A program made the position numbers and the translations under genes. This document shows positions 17,259-26,847 of a stretch of DNA of 32,000 bases, one piece after another. A model generated the notes under the pieces. That model worked only from the letters and a program-made list of their open reading frames with translations. It ran no database searches and was not told where the DNA came from. The DNA is from Candidatus Electrothrix sp. GW3-4. Lineage in GTDB: Bacteria; Desulfobacterota; Desulfobulbia; Desulfobulbales; Desulfobulbaceae. Where the stretch lies: NCBI RefSeq assembly GCF_037902255.1, contig NZ_CP147990.1, positions 2,700,001-2,732,000 on the forward strand, given 5' to 3'. The stretch's first letter is position 1. Each line of letters begins with the position of its first letter.

Positions 17259-18174
17259 ATGGAAAAAGCAATCACCAAGGAAATCCTGAAAAAGGTCCGC
17301 CGTATTGAGGTGCGTACCCGCCACATGGTGGATAGTACCCTGGCCGGGAGCTACCACTCGGTCTTTAAGGGCCAGGGCATGAACTTCGACGAGGTTCGTG
17401 AATACGTGCCTGGCGATGAAATCCGCAGCATTGACTGGAACGTTACTGCCCGCACAGGGATCCCTCATGTGAAAAAATTCACTGAGGAGCGGGAACTGAC
17501 CATCATGCTGATGATCGATATCAGCGGCTCAGGCGGTTTTGGCTCCCAGGATCAATCCAAGCGGGAGATGATGGCTGAGCTGGGTTCGGTGCTGGCCTTT
17601 TCTGCGGTACGCAATAACGACAAGGTCGGCCTGATCCTGTTCTCTGATTTTGTGGAGCTCTTCATCCCACCAGATAAAGGGCGCAAGCATATCCTCCGGG
17701 TGATCCGGGAGATCCTCTTTTTCCAACCCAAGAATAAGGGCACGGGCATCACCGAGGCCCTGGATTTTGTTAACCGGGTGGCCAGACGTAAATGTGTGAC
17801 CTTTCTTCTCTCTGATTTCTGCCTACCTGGTGATTTTGACGATTCCCTGGCAGCACTGCGCCCCAAACTCCTGGTCACCGGGCGTCGTCACGACCTGATC
17901 ACGGTCTCGGTCACCGACCCCAGAGAGCAGGAGCTGCCCGATGTGGGCCATATTACCCTGGAAGACGCGGAAACCGGTGAGCAGCTGGTCCTCAACACCG
18001 CTGATCCCTGGACCCGCCAGGCCTATGCCAATCTGGCCCTTGATCGGAGCAGAGCGTTTTGCCCATACTGTGCGCAGTGCTGGCCTTGACCTGCTGCTGC
18101 TCTCCACGGACCGGCCCTACATCGGCCCGTTGATGGGATTTTTCAAAGCACGGGAAAGGAGGAAGGGACGATGA
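17259..18174 (+). CDS. DUF58 family protein (MoxR-operon partner), apparent 1-nt insertion frameshift
   Basis: Contains DUF58 motifs GSYHSVFKGQGMNFDEVREYVPGDEIRSIDWNVTAR. The annotated frame ends at 18089 (..RAFCPYCAQCWP). The +1 frame continues with a typical DUF58 C-terminus (FAHTVRSAGLDLLLLSTDRPYIGPLMGFFKARERRKGR) and ends at TGA 18172-18174, overlapping the next ATG as ATGA. The break is at the T4 run 18057-18060. Confidence 0.8.
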
Positions 18175-18932
18175 AATCATTCTTTTTTCGGTGCAGAACA
18201 GGAGGGGCCGCCCCCTGTGCCTGCCCGTTTATGTCCTCCAGCGGACGTTCAGGGCGAACACAGGGGGTCGCCCCTACAGCATTCCTACTCATTCTTTTCC
18301 TGACAATGCTCCCTGCCGCTGTCTCTGCGGATCAGGTGACGGCTCCCCTTGCGGATCCGGCACAAAAGTTAGGGCAGGGGCAAGCTGCGACCCAGCCAGA
18401 CCATCTGAAGGAACCAGCCCTTGCTGACAATCAGCTCTATGATATTCGGGAGCCTATCCCGATCCCGGACAGCAAACGATTTCTCTGGTGGATTGCCGCA
18501 ATACTGGCCGGGATCCTGCTGCTGGGCCTGCTCTTCTTTTTCTGGAAAAAAAGAACCCGCAGACAGAAGGCGGTGCTGGCCCACCAAACCGCCCTGCGTG
18601 AGCTGGATCGGGCTGGGCCCCTGATTGAGCAGCAGGACATCAACGCCTTTATCACCCTGATTGACCAGACCCTGCGTCGCTATATAGAGCAACGTTTCGG
18701 GATCTTCGCCCGCAGACAGACCACTCGGGAGTTTATCCACGGGCTGGCTGAAGGTCAAAAAAATGTGCCACAATCCTTGATGGAAAATTCTGATAACCTG
18801 AAGACCTGGCTCCAACATTGCGATCTGGTGAAATTCGCCAAGGCGGGCCTGAGCCAGGAGACCATGACCGATATGGTCGCAAACCTGCGTACCTTTATTG
18901 CATCAACCAAGATGGAGGCAAAAGAAAAATAA
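18171..18932 (+). CDS. membrane protein, DUF4381-like (Bat/MoxR operon)
   Basis: 253 aa with a central TM segment (WWIAAILAGILLLGLLFFFW) followed by KKRTRR and a helical domain ending ...WLQHCDLVKFAKAG, as in DUF4381 proteins of Bat operons. It is translationally coupled on both sides. Confidence 0.75.
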   Translation: MKSFFFRCRTGGAAPCACPFMSSSGRSGRTQGVAPTAFLLILFLTMLPAAVSADQVTAPLADPAQKLGQGQAATQPDHLKEPALADNQLYDIREPIPIPDSKRFLWWIAAILAGILLLGLLFFFWKKRTRRQKAVLAHQTALRELDRAGPLIEQQDINAFITLIDQTLRRYIEQRFGIFARRQTTREFIHGLAEGQKNVPQSLMENSDNLKTWLQHCDLVKFAKAGLSQETMTDMVANLRTFIASTKMEAKEK

Positions 18933-19927
18933 TGGACAGCCTTCGTTTTGTCTCTCCTGATCTGCTCTGGTTGCTGCTCCTCCTCCCTGTTCTGGCCTTC
19001 CTGCGAGGGCGACAAGGGCCAGCACCAAGCCTGGTTTTTTCCTCCATCTCGGTAGCCAAGGCCATCTCCGGTAGCCGCAAGGTCAGCCCCGGTAAATTCC
19101 TGGCCTGGTTGCGCCTGGCAGCTCTCGGTCTCCTCATCGTGGCTATGGCCGGGCCCCAATGGGGCAATACCAAGACCGAGGTGGAGGCCTCAGGCATTGA
19201 TATCCTGCTGGCCGTGGATGTTTCCGGCTCCATGCAGGCCATGGATTTCCGCCTGCAAGGAAGGAACGTGGACCGCCTGACCGTGGTCAAGGCCGTGGTG
19301 AAAAAATTCATTGAAGAGCGGCCTAACGACCGCATCGGGCTGGTGGCCTTTGCTGGCCGTCCCTATATGGTCTGCCCTCTGACCCTGGATCATGACTGGC
19401 TGCAGCTCCGCCTGGATTCGCTGCAAACAGGCATGATTGAAGACGGCACAGCCATTGGCTCTGCCATTGTCGCGGGTGTGAACCGGCTCCGGGACCAGGA
19501 GGCCAAATCCCGGATCGTGATCCTGCTCACCGACGGGGTCAATAATGCCGGTAAGGCCGCACCGCTCACAGCTGCCGAGGCCGCAGAGACCATGAAGATC
19601 AAGGTCTACACCATCGGCGCGGGCAAACGTGGGGTCGCCCCCATGCCGGTGGAAGATCAGTTCGGGCGCAAGCGGATTATTCGGGCCCAAGTGGATATTG
19701 ATGAAAAAACGTTGGGCAAAATCGCCGAGATGACTGGGGCCAAGTATTTCCGGGCTACCGACACCAAATCTCTGGAGAAGATCTACGAGGAGATCAACGC
19801 GATGGAGGCCACCACCCGAAAGATCAAGCATTTTGCTCGCTATCGGGAGCTGTTTTCCTGGCTGGTCCTTGCGGCCTTGGTCCTGCTGGGGGTGGAGTTG
19901 TTTATTTCGCGGAGAAGGTTGCCGTAG
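18932..19927 (+). CDS. von Willebrand factor A domain membrane protein, BatA-like
   Basis: The ATG at 18932 overlaps the upstream TAA and gives MDSLRFVSPDLLWLLLLLPVLAFL (TM). The MIDAS motif is DILLAVDVSGSM. It also has RIVILLTDGVNNAG and a C-terminal TM segment. The ORF-track start at 18818 is unlikely. Confidence 0.9.
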   Translation: MDSLRFVSPDLLWLLLLLPVLAFLRGRQGPAPSLVFSSISVAKAISGSRKVSPGKFLAWLRLAALGLLIVAMAGPQWGNTKTEVEASGIDILLAVDVSGSMQAMDFRLQGRNVDRLTVVKAVVKKFIEERPNDRIGLVAFAGRPYMVCPLTLDHDWLQLRLDSLQTGMIEDGTAIGSAIVAGVNRLRDQEAKSRIVILLTDGVNNAGKAAPLTAAEAAETMKIKVYTIGAGKRGVAPMPVEDQFGRKRIIRAQVDIDEKTLGKIAEMTGAKYFRATDTKSLEKIYEEINAMEATTRKIKHFARYRELFSWLVLAALVLLGVELFISRRRLP

Positions 19928-19947
19928 GCGAGGTTATAGGGCGATGG

Positions 19948-20994
19948 TCAGGAGTCGAACAACCGCCCTCGCCAGGCCCGCTGCCCTACCGGATAGGAAA
20001 ACTCCAACCGATCCCGAAACACACCCACCCGCAGGCCTTGCCCGAGATGGAGTTCACTATTCGTGCGACCGCTCTCCGCAGCCTTGATCACCAGGAGGAT
20101 ATGGTCATAGCCAGCCCGGCCCCCTATCCGCCAGAGCAGACGCTCTACCACCCGGCGCTGTAAGGCCGGATGCAGGGCGCGAAAAGGGGCCCGGAGAAGC
20201 TGAATCTTCGGTAATTCCCCCACTTCTTCTGATGGCAACACGCATGTTTTTTCCTCCGCCTCTGCGGTTAAGACAGCCAGCAGCTCCTCATCTGTGGCCA
20301 GACTGTCTGCGGTCTTACGCAAAGACTTCTTGATCCCTTGCGCAAAATGCCCCTCCAAAAAAGGCAGCAGCTGGTGGCGCACCCGATTTCTCAAAAAACG
20401 CATATCGTCATTGGAGGAGTCAAAACAGAAGGGGATTTCTTGCTCTGTCAACCAGGCCAGCAATTCTTTTTTCTCGATATTGAGGAGCGGGCGTATCAGA
20501 TCACGACTACGCATCCGCATCCCGGACACCCCCTGCCGACCGCTCCCCCGCAGGAGCCGCAACAGGACCTCTTCTGCCTGGTCATCCGCCGTATGGGCCA
20601 CCGCAATGTATTCCGCCCCCTTCTCACGGGCGGTGGTCCGCAGGGCGGCATAGCGCAGATCACGGGCAGCATGCTCCAGTGAGATCCCCTGCTCGCCAGC
20701 AGAGGATGCCACATCAACCCGGTGCCTGACGCAGGCGACCTTCAGTTGCTCTGCCGCAGAATGTACCGTCTGTTCTTCTGCTGGGGTTTCTTCCGGACGC
20801 AGACCATGGTCCACCCAAACCGCTGTCAGATCAAGATCGAACGGCTTACGCGCCTCTGCCAGGAGATGAAGCAGGGCCATGGAATCTGACCCACCGGAAA
20901 CCGCAATAATAATCTTACTTCCCTGAGGAACCTGGCAGGATGCTGTCAGTTCCCGCAAAAAAATACGGAGCAGAGGTTCTTCTTTTGTGCGCAT
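19948..20994 (-). CDS. tilS: tRNA(Ile)-lysidine synthase
   Basis: 348 aa with the PP-loop motif IIIAVSGGSDSMALLHLL, then AVWVDHGLRPE and AVAHTADDQAEEVLLRLLRGSG. Confidence 0.9.
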   Translation of the reverse strand: MRTKEEPLLRIFLRELTASCQVPQGSKIIIAVSGGSDSMALLHLLAEARKPFDLDLTAVWVDHGLRPEETPAEEQTVHSAAEQLKVACVRHRVDVASSAGEQGISLEHAARDLRYAALRTTAREKGAEYIAVAHTADDQAEEVLLRLLRGSGRQGVSGMRMRSRDLIRPLLNIEKKELLAWLTEQEIPFCFDSSNDDMRFLRNRVRHQLLPFLEGHFAQGIKKSLRKTADSLATDEELLAVLTAEAEEKTCVLPSEEVGELPKIQLLRAPFRALHPALQRRVVERLLWRIGGRAGYDHILLVIKAAESGRTNSELHLGQGLRVGVFRDRLEFSYPVGQRAWRGRLFDS

Positions 20995-21036
20995 AAAGAT
21001 ATGGACGAATTCAGGCTGAGGAAGGTGACAAAGTCA

Positions 21037-21064
21037 ATTATGATGTTGGATCCAACATCATAAT
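21037..21064. promoter_or_regulatory. perfect 28-bp palindrome (candidate operator or hairpin) 43 bp upstream of the tilS start
   Basis: attatgatgttgga|tccaacatcataat is an exact reverse-complement half-site pair with a GGATCC core. It lies between the tilS start (20994) and the 3' end of the two-CW gene (21234). Confidence 0.5.
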
Positions 21065-21233
21065 CAACAGGAAGGAAAACGCAATGGCTACGGGTGGATG
21101 AAACAAAAAATATGAAAGTACCAACGACTCGTTGGAGTCGTCTGACCAATTTTCATCCTTTGTTGTCCCTCCCCAGAGGGAGAGGGAGGGGTTATTATAC
21201 GAATTCAGGGGGAAAGGGAAGAACAGGTTTCTT

Positions 21234-21473
21234 TCAAACGATTTCCTTGTCTTTTCCATATGACTTATCGTAATTCTCGCTTTGATAAAAATCACATTTT
21301 ATACAGGACAGAAGCTTCATAACAAATTCTCCCTGAACCTTTCCCCCGCAGAGGGTACCTGCAACACGAGCACAGCCCTTGCCATGATGAGGATATGCCG
21401 GGCAAATGCCTTTCTTCTCCGCATGGATCCCACCTTTTTCCCGCCCACATTGCTTATATTCCCAACAATTCAT
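21234..21473 (-). CDS. small Cys-rich protein with two-CW-type domain
   Basis: The ATG at 21473 gives 79 aa: MNCWEYKQCGREKGGIHAEKKGICPAYPHHGKGCARVAGTLCGGKVQGEFVMKLLSCIKCDFYQSENY... This matches my recollection of the two-CW domain pattern NCWE-x-K-x-CGRE...CPA...C(W)..AGT.CGG...C..C.FY. The second CW is CA here. Confidence 0.75.
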   Translation of the reverse strand: MNCWEYKQCGREKGGIHAEKKGICPAYPHHGKGCARVAGTLCGGKVQGEFVMKLLSCIKCDFYQSENYDKSYGKDKEIV

Positions 21474-21867
21474 AATTTCCCCTCTTCTTCTCGTGTCAAC
21501 TTGGCGCGATACGCTCAATTTTTCGCCCCCCACACTCTCTGTCTCCCCCTGTTTTCCTTTGCGCAAGAGAAGAAAAATAATCATACCTCAATGTACAACT
21601 TTTTCCATGCTTAATTCATGCCACTCTACAATCAGTACGGCTCCCCTATATAGCTCACCGAAGCATAACAAAAATAATACTTTTTACTAACAGAGACTCA
21701 TTCACTGCTCAGAGTAACTGCGTATTTTCTATCCTCCAGAGGAGAGATCTCGAATATTTTTTACTCGCTGCATAACTGTTACCCTTCTTCATCTCTGGCG
21801 AAAAAAAATCAAGCCCTGCTCTGCTATTGGCCTTGCTCTGCCCGCTTCCATACAGTACATTTCTTTC

Positions 21868-23520
21868 ATGGACACCTTACTTACCATTGAGAATCTTTCG
21901 CTGACCTTCTGTTCAGACCAGGAGATTGGTGGCGACAGCCAGATCCTGCACGATATCAATCTGACCATTGAGCCGGGAAAGACCCATGCCTTGGTCGGGG
22001 AATCCGGCTCAGGAAAATCCGTTACCGCTATGTCTGTTTTGCGCCTACTTGAAGATGTGTCCACAGTGCGGGCCGAAGGGCGAATCCTGTTCAACGGACG
22101 GGATTTGCTGCAACTGAACAGGAAAGAGATCCGAGCGGTGCGGGGCAATGATATTGCCATGATTTTTCAGGAGCCCATGACCTCGCTCAATCCGGTCTAC
22201 ACCATTGGCAAGCAGCTCACCGAGCCCCTGATCCGCCACCGCAACCTGACAAAAGAAGAGGCTGCTCAAGAGGCTGTCACTCTGCTCGAACGAACCAGGA
22301 TCTCTGATCCAGCACAACGACTGAAATCCTACCCCCATCAACTCTCCGGGGGACAACGGCAACGGGTGATGATTGCCATGGCCCTGGCCTGCCGCCCTGC
22401 CCTGCTCATCGCAGACGAGCCAACCACCGCCTTGGACGTGACCATTCAGGCCCAGATCCTTGAGCTGATCAAAGATCTACAAAAAGAATTTAACATGGCT
22501 GTCCTGCTGATCACCCATGACCTGCCCCTGGTCCGCAAGACTGCGGATACTGTTTCCATCATGTATCAGGGACGAATTATCGAGCAGAGCCCAACAGAGT
22601 CCTTATTCAGCAATCCCCAGCAAGATTACACCCGCAAGCTCCTGAACGCCATCCCCCGCGTCCATCATCAACCTGCTGCCTTGGGCAGGCCACTTGTTCA
22701 ACTGCAGGATATCAACTGCGAATTCGTGGTGAGCAGGTCCTGGGAGGGCTTTTTCACGGGAAAAACGTACAAAAGGAAGAAGACCGTGGTCAGGGCGGTG
22801 GACCATGTCGATCTGACGGTCCGGCAGGGAACGACCTTAGGGATTATCGGTGAATCAGGCTCTGGCAAGAGCACCTTGGCCTTTTGCCTGCTCAAGCTGC
22901 AGGCCTTTAAGGGATCAGTCCAGTATTTTACTGAGGGAGGAGAAAAGCAAGGAGTATTGCTCTCTGAGCTGAGCAATCGCCAGATGCGCCCACTCCGCAA
23001 ACGAATGCAAATAGTCTTCCAGGATCCGTTTTCCTCGCTCTCGCCCCGGATGACCATTGAGCAGATTATTGCTGAAGGCCTGCAGGTGCATGACTCAGGA
23101 CATAACAAGAAAGAACGTCGCCGCCTGGTCCAGCAGGCCCTTGAGGAGGTGGAGCTCGACCCGGCTATGGCCAACCGTTTTCCCCATGAATTTTCCGGTG
23201 GTCAGCGCCAGCGTATTGCCATTGCCCGGGCAATTATCCTCAAGCCGGAACTCCTGATCCTTGACGAGCCCACCTCTGCCCTGGATACCACCATCCAGGC
23301 CCAGATCATTGCTTTATTGAAACGGCTCCAGGAGAGCCACGGCATGACCTATATCTTTATCACCCATGACCTCCGCGTCCTTCGTTCCCTAGCCGATGAG
23401 CTGGTGGTGATGCGAAACGGAAAAATCATCGAGCAGGGCATGGCCGATCATATCTTCAACCAGCCTGAACAGCCCTACACCAAGGAGTTGCTGCGGGCTG
23501 CCTTCTATGTGGAGCAGTGA
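21868..23520 (+). CDS. ABC transporter ATP-binding protein with duplicated ATPase domains (Dpp/Opp/YejF-like)
   Basis: 550 aa with two full cassettes ([11 protein letters not shown]...[15 protein letters not shown]...[12 protein letters not shown] and [11 protein letters not shown]...[15 protein letters not shown]...[12 protein letters not shown]). No permease or binding-protein gene is adjacent. Confidence 0.9.
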   Translation: MDTLLTIENLSLTFCSDQEIGGDSQILHDINLTIEPGKTHALVGESGSGKSVTAMSVLRLLEDVSTVRAEGRILFNGRDLLQLNRKEIRAVRGNDIAMIFQEPMTSLNPVYTIGKQLTEPLIRHRNLTKEEAAQEAVTLLERTRISDPAQRLKSYPHQLSGGQRQRVMIAMALACRPALLIADEPTTALDVTIQAQILELIKDLQKEFNMAVLLITHDLPLVRKTADTVSIMYQGRIIEQSPTESLFSNPQQDYTRKLLNAIPRVHHQPAALGRPLVQLQDINCEFVVSRSWEGFFTGKTYKRKKTVVRAVDHVDLTVRQGTTLGIIGESGSGKSTLAFCLLKLQAFKGSVQYFTEGGEKQGVLLSELSNRQMRPLRKRMQIVFQDPFSSLSPRMTIEQIIAEGLQVHDSGHNKKERRRLVQQALEEVELDPAMANRFPHEFSGGQRQRIAIARAIILKPELLILDEPTSALDTTIQAQIIALLKRLQESHGMTYIFITHDLRVLRSLADELVVMRNGKIIEQGMADHIFNQPEQPYTKELLRAAFYVEQ

Positions 23521-23681
23521 GAACCAATCTCCTCATTGCTTAAATCCACACTGCGCTCTTAGAGTTTACCACCCCTAACCTATAAGCTTCTCAGCTAATC
23601 CTACAGAACGAACCTCTCCAGAACCCTTTTAGGGCTCTTCAGTAAAGGATATCAAAGGTTCCCGTGCGGAACAACATCTAC

Positions 23682-26597
23682 CTACGCCTCTCTTTTCCAC
23701 ATTGTCTGCATTCCAAACCAGCTTAGCAGAACCATTGCTGCGGCAGGAATGAGCATCCACAGCCAACCGAAATGCATGGTCAACCAGGCAGAACCAACTA
23801 TAGGCATCAGCAGGGCTCGGGTGGCAGGACGTAGGATCATGTTACTGCTGATCACATCAGCAATGGGCGGTGAGTAGCGATAGTACAGATGCACCAGACC
23901 ACGGCTCACCGGGTTATCCAGCATAAAGCGATCACGGAAATCACGAAGGACTTTAACTGCCGGATGAAAGAGCGAACCATAGGCAGCTGTGGCGACAAAG
24001 CAGGAATCTGCGGTTTGAAAACCGACCTGGTTCCCGTAATAGGTGGTGCCACCGACCACGGCATAGGCCCGGGCATAGAAGAAGGTACCGGGTTTGAGGT
24101 CTTCCATCCTGACGGTAAAGCTTCCAGTGCCAGAGCCCCCGTCTGCGCTTCCCTCTTCCAGGAAATCACTATCCTCGGTGTCTTCGTCGTCGGTGGTGTC
24201 CATGGTATCGGTGCTATCTGTATCGTCTTGAGCTATCGCGGTGCTGACAAACAGGCTTCCTACACTCTCCAGGGCGGTGGCCAGGCCGGTTTGCATGGGG
24301 GATGTAGAAGCGACCTGATCTTCGGCAGAAAAGATGGGGTTTTTGTACAGGGATGTGGTTGTGGTAAACGAAATGACGGCTGAATCTACGGTGTCAGAGC
24401 TGGTAAAGGCACATCTGATATAGTAATTATACGAAGTAGCCGCCGACAGCCCGCTGATATCGGCACTATGCGCTGTGCCGCCAGTGACATCCATCTCCGT
24501 ATAATCAAAGATATTGCTGGAAGAACCTTCATGGTATCCACACCGAGCTGACTCACTGGTGGTAACGGTGAGAGTGACTTCGGTACTGCTTGTGGTCGTT
24601 GCGTAAGAGTCAGTAATAGTCGGCGTTGTTGTACTCGTGCTCGTCGTTGTCGCAGAAACTGTAAAGGTTATCTCTGTCCCTGCGGTGGTTATATTGTCTG
24701 ATTGATCTTTACAGCGTACGTAAAAGGTGTAAGGCTCTCCCACCTCTGTTTCCGGCAGTGTCCCCAAAATAACATGATGGCCAGTCCCAAAGGAGGAAGA
24801 GAGGATGCCACCCATCTCCCCGTAATCTTCGTCAAAGTTCGCATTATACCGGCAGGTGGCCTCCTCATCCGTAGAAACGACCAAAATAACTGGCTCTGTT
24901 GTTAAAAAAGAGCTCTCGGTGCTGCTGATGGGGACCGGACCTGTTTCATCGGTCGTGGAACTGGTGCTATCATCCGTCGTTGTATCATCAGTGCTATCAT
25001 CAGTTGTATCATCGCTCGTATCGTCGCTCGTATCGTCGGCTGCATCATCGCTCGTCGTATCGCTGTCTTGCAAAACAGGAAGAGGATCCTTGCTAAATAC
25101 AATTCCTCGCTCTTCGACAATACCCAAACCTGAAGAGATGGTCACCGGAATCAAGGCCGTTGTCCGGGTCACGTCTTCAGGTGTACCGGTCACAATATAC
25201 GAATTTCCCGTCGCCGTACCAAAGGAGGTACCGGTAACACTTGATTGAAAAATATTATATTGCATGACCTGCGCACTGGCGACTTCTTCAGCACCGCTGG
25301 CCCCCACCACAACCACACTCCCAACCCCAGTGGCCGCAAGGGAAAAGGCATAACTCTCTTCATTATCCATTTCCGTGGTGACGATCTGGGCCGTGAGTTC
25401 GCTTACGTCTGTTTCTTCATCACTGGCCTCTGCGCTATCACCTGGAGCAGCGGCCATCGCTGCCACCTGCTGCTGAAAGAGCTCGCTATTGCCTTTATCT
25501 TCTTTGGTATAGGTGATCAACAGGGACTCACGCATTCCATCTTCCCCGGTGGTCACGCCGGTTGCCGCGATCATCTCATCATTCACTAAGACATCGTAAA
25601 AAACCGTGTCCACGTCATCGTCAGTGACAAGCACGCCCAGCTTGCCGAACTCCCTATCTGGCAAGCCATCCTCGCCAAAAAGGAATAAGGCCCCATCCCG
25701 TTCTCCGTCTTCCCCGACAGAGCCAGCAACCAAAATACTGCCGTCGCTGCGGATTGCCATACCGTAACCCGCGCTGGGTACCGTGCCATCCAGGGGCACA
25801 GTCACGCCATCATAACCAAAAGAGGTATCCAAATCGCCGTTTTCATCATAGGCAAGCACCATGAGGGCAGCATTTTCTTTCTCCCGATAGGTACCGGCAA
25901 CAAGGATACGTCCCTCTTCAGTCAGCAGCAGACTTCCAGCCTGGGCATCTGTCCCCACAGCACTCAGGGTAAATCCCTCATCGGCAAAGGTCGAATCCGG
26001 GCTTCCGTTACTTTGATACCGAGCCAGCACCACGACCCGCCCCTCATCACCTAGGGCCGTTCCGGTCAGCAGGATCCTGCCATCCTCTTGCACAGCAATA
26101 CCGGTAATCTTATCATCAGAATCACTGACCGCCGTCACCACCATGCCCTCCAGGCCGAAATCCCGATCAAGGGAGCCGTCGCTGTTATAGCAAAGCAGGG
26201 CAAAATCTTGGCTCCCGTCCTCACTGGTGCTATAGCCCCCGGCCAGGATCTTGCCGTCCGCTTGCAGAGCCAGGGCAAAGACCTCATCGTCATGGGACCC
26301 AACCGCGGTGGAGACGGTGCCGTCAAGATTGAACTCGCTATCCAGGGATCCGTCCGCAAGGAGGCGAAAGAGCATGAAATCCAGATCAGCGGTGTTGGAG
26401 GTCGAACCTCCCACCAAGATCTTACCATCCGGCTGCACAAGCACGGCATTGGCCTGATCACCGTATGAACCAAGGTCCACAGCGACCTTTCCATTCTTGC
26501 CGAAACCGGTATCAAGGGAGGCTGCAAAGGATTGAGCAGTGAAGACAGCAATCGAGAAGAGACAGAGGGCAGTAAATGTGATCGGACGAATGCTCAT
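23682..26597 (-). CDS. large secreted/anchored surface protein with delta-60 repeats, acidic D/T/S linker, two Ig-like modules and a C-terminal CFVATAAYGS + TM anchor region
   Basis: 971 aa. The signal peptide is MSIRPITFTALCLFSIAVFTAQSFA. It has about 7 repeats of the pattern LD.SFG..G.V...........A.A...Q.DGKIL..G. The linker is DDTSDDTSDDTTDDSTDDTTTDD. Two ~95-aa modules share A.C.Y...Y.EM...H...Y.(F/Y)Y(V/I)RC. The C-terminus is CFVATAAYGSLFHPAVKVLRDFRDRFML... plus hydrophobic helices. Confidence 0.85.
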   Translation of the reverse strand: MSIRPITFTALCLFSIAVFTAQSFAASLDTGFGKNGKVAVDLGSYGDQANAVLVQPDGKILVGGSTSNTADLDFMLFRLLADGSLDSEFNLDGTVSTAVGSHDDEVFALALQADGKILAGGYSTSEDGSQDFALLCYNSDGSLDRDFGLEGMVVTAVSDSDDKITGIAVQEDGRILLTGTALGDEGRVVVLARYQSNGSPDSTFADEGFTLSAVGTDAQAGSLLLTEEGRILVAGTYREKENAALMVLAYDENGDLDTSFGYDGVTVPLDGTVPSAGYGMAIRSDGSILVAGSVGEDGERDGALFLFGEDGLPDREFGKLGVLVTDDDVDTVFYDVLVNDEMIAATGVTTGEDGMRESLLITYTKEDKGNSELFQQQVAAMAAAPGDSAEASDEETDVSELTAQIVTTEMDNEESYAFSLAATGVGSVVVVGASGAEEVASAQVMQYNIFQSSVTGTSFGTATGNSYIVTGTPEDVTRTTALIPVTISSGLGIVEERGIVFSKDPLPVLQDSDTTSDDAADDTSDDTSDDTTDDSTDDTTTDDSTSSTTDETGPVPISSTESSFLTTEPVILVVSTDEEATCRYNANFDEDYGEMGGILSSSFGTGHHVILGTLPETEVGEPYTFYVRCKDQSDNITTAGTEITFTVSATTTSTSTTTPTITDSYATTTSSTEVTLTVTTSESARCGYHEGSSSNIFDYTEMDVTGGTAHSADISGLSAATSYNYYIRCAFTSSDTVDSAVISFTTTTSLYKNPIFSAEDQVASTSPMQTGLATALESVGSLFVSTAIAQDDTDSTDTMDTTDDEDTEDSDFLEEGSADGGSGTGSFTVRMEDLKPGTFFYARAYAVVGGTTYYGNQVGFQTADSCFVATAAYGSLFHPAVKVLRDFRDRFMLDNPVSRGLVHLYYRYSPPIADVISSNMILRPATRALLMPIVGSAWLTMHFGWLWMLIPAAAMVLLSWFGMQTMWKREA

Positions 26598-26700
26598 GGT
26601 AGACTCTTACAGAAGGAAGATAAATGGAAATGTGTATGTCGTACGCTTCAGCTACTCAAATATAAGCGCGTTTTCCTCTCTCAAGGAGAGATGAATCTCT

Positions 26701-26799
26701 TCAAAAGCGCTCCCCCCCGGCCTACGGCCGAGAGCAAACACAGAAGTAACAGTGATGCACAACGTCATGTTACTTAGAAAAAGTTACTTAGAAGAAGAA
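26701..26799 (-). promoter_or_regulatory. conserved bipartite leader element, copy L (upstream of the surface protein gene)
   Basis: On the minus strand, block 1 is TTCTTCTTCTAAGTAAC (26799-26783), with an extra TCTAAGTAAC copy at 26778-26769. A 44-nt gap follows. Block 2 is TTTGCTCTCGGCCGTAGGCCGGGGGGGAGCGCTTTTGA (26738-26701). The element ends 103 nt before the ATG at 26597. It is near-identical to copy R. Confidence 0.6.
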
Positions 26800-26847
26800 A
26801 TATACCAGTAATAAAATATTACACAAGACGATATAATACACCAAGGG

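Noticed and set aside
16088-19927. MoxR-VWA operon as a novel vWA-MoxR conflict system linked to the NTPase-FGE genes
   Set aside because: The gene order and motifs (MoxR, DUF58, DUF4381-like, BatA-like VWA with TM anchors) are those of the widespread housekeeping Bat/MoxR operon. It is 5.5 kb away, on the other strand, and separated by unrelated genes. No effector or VMAP-like partners are visible.
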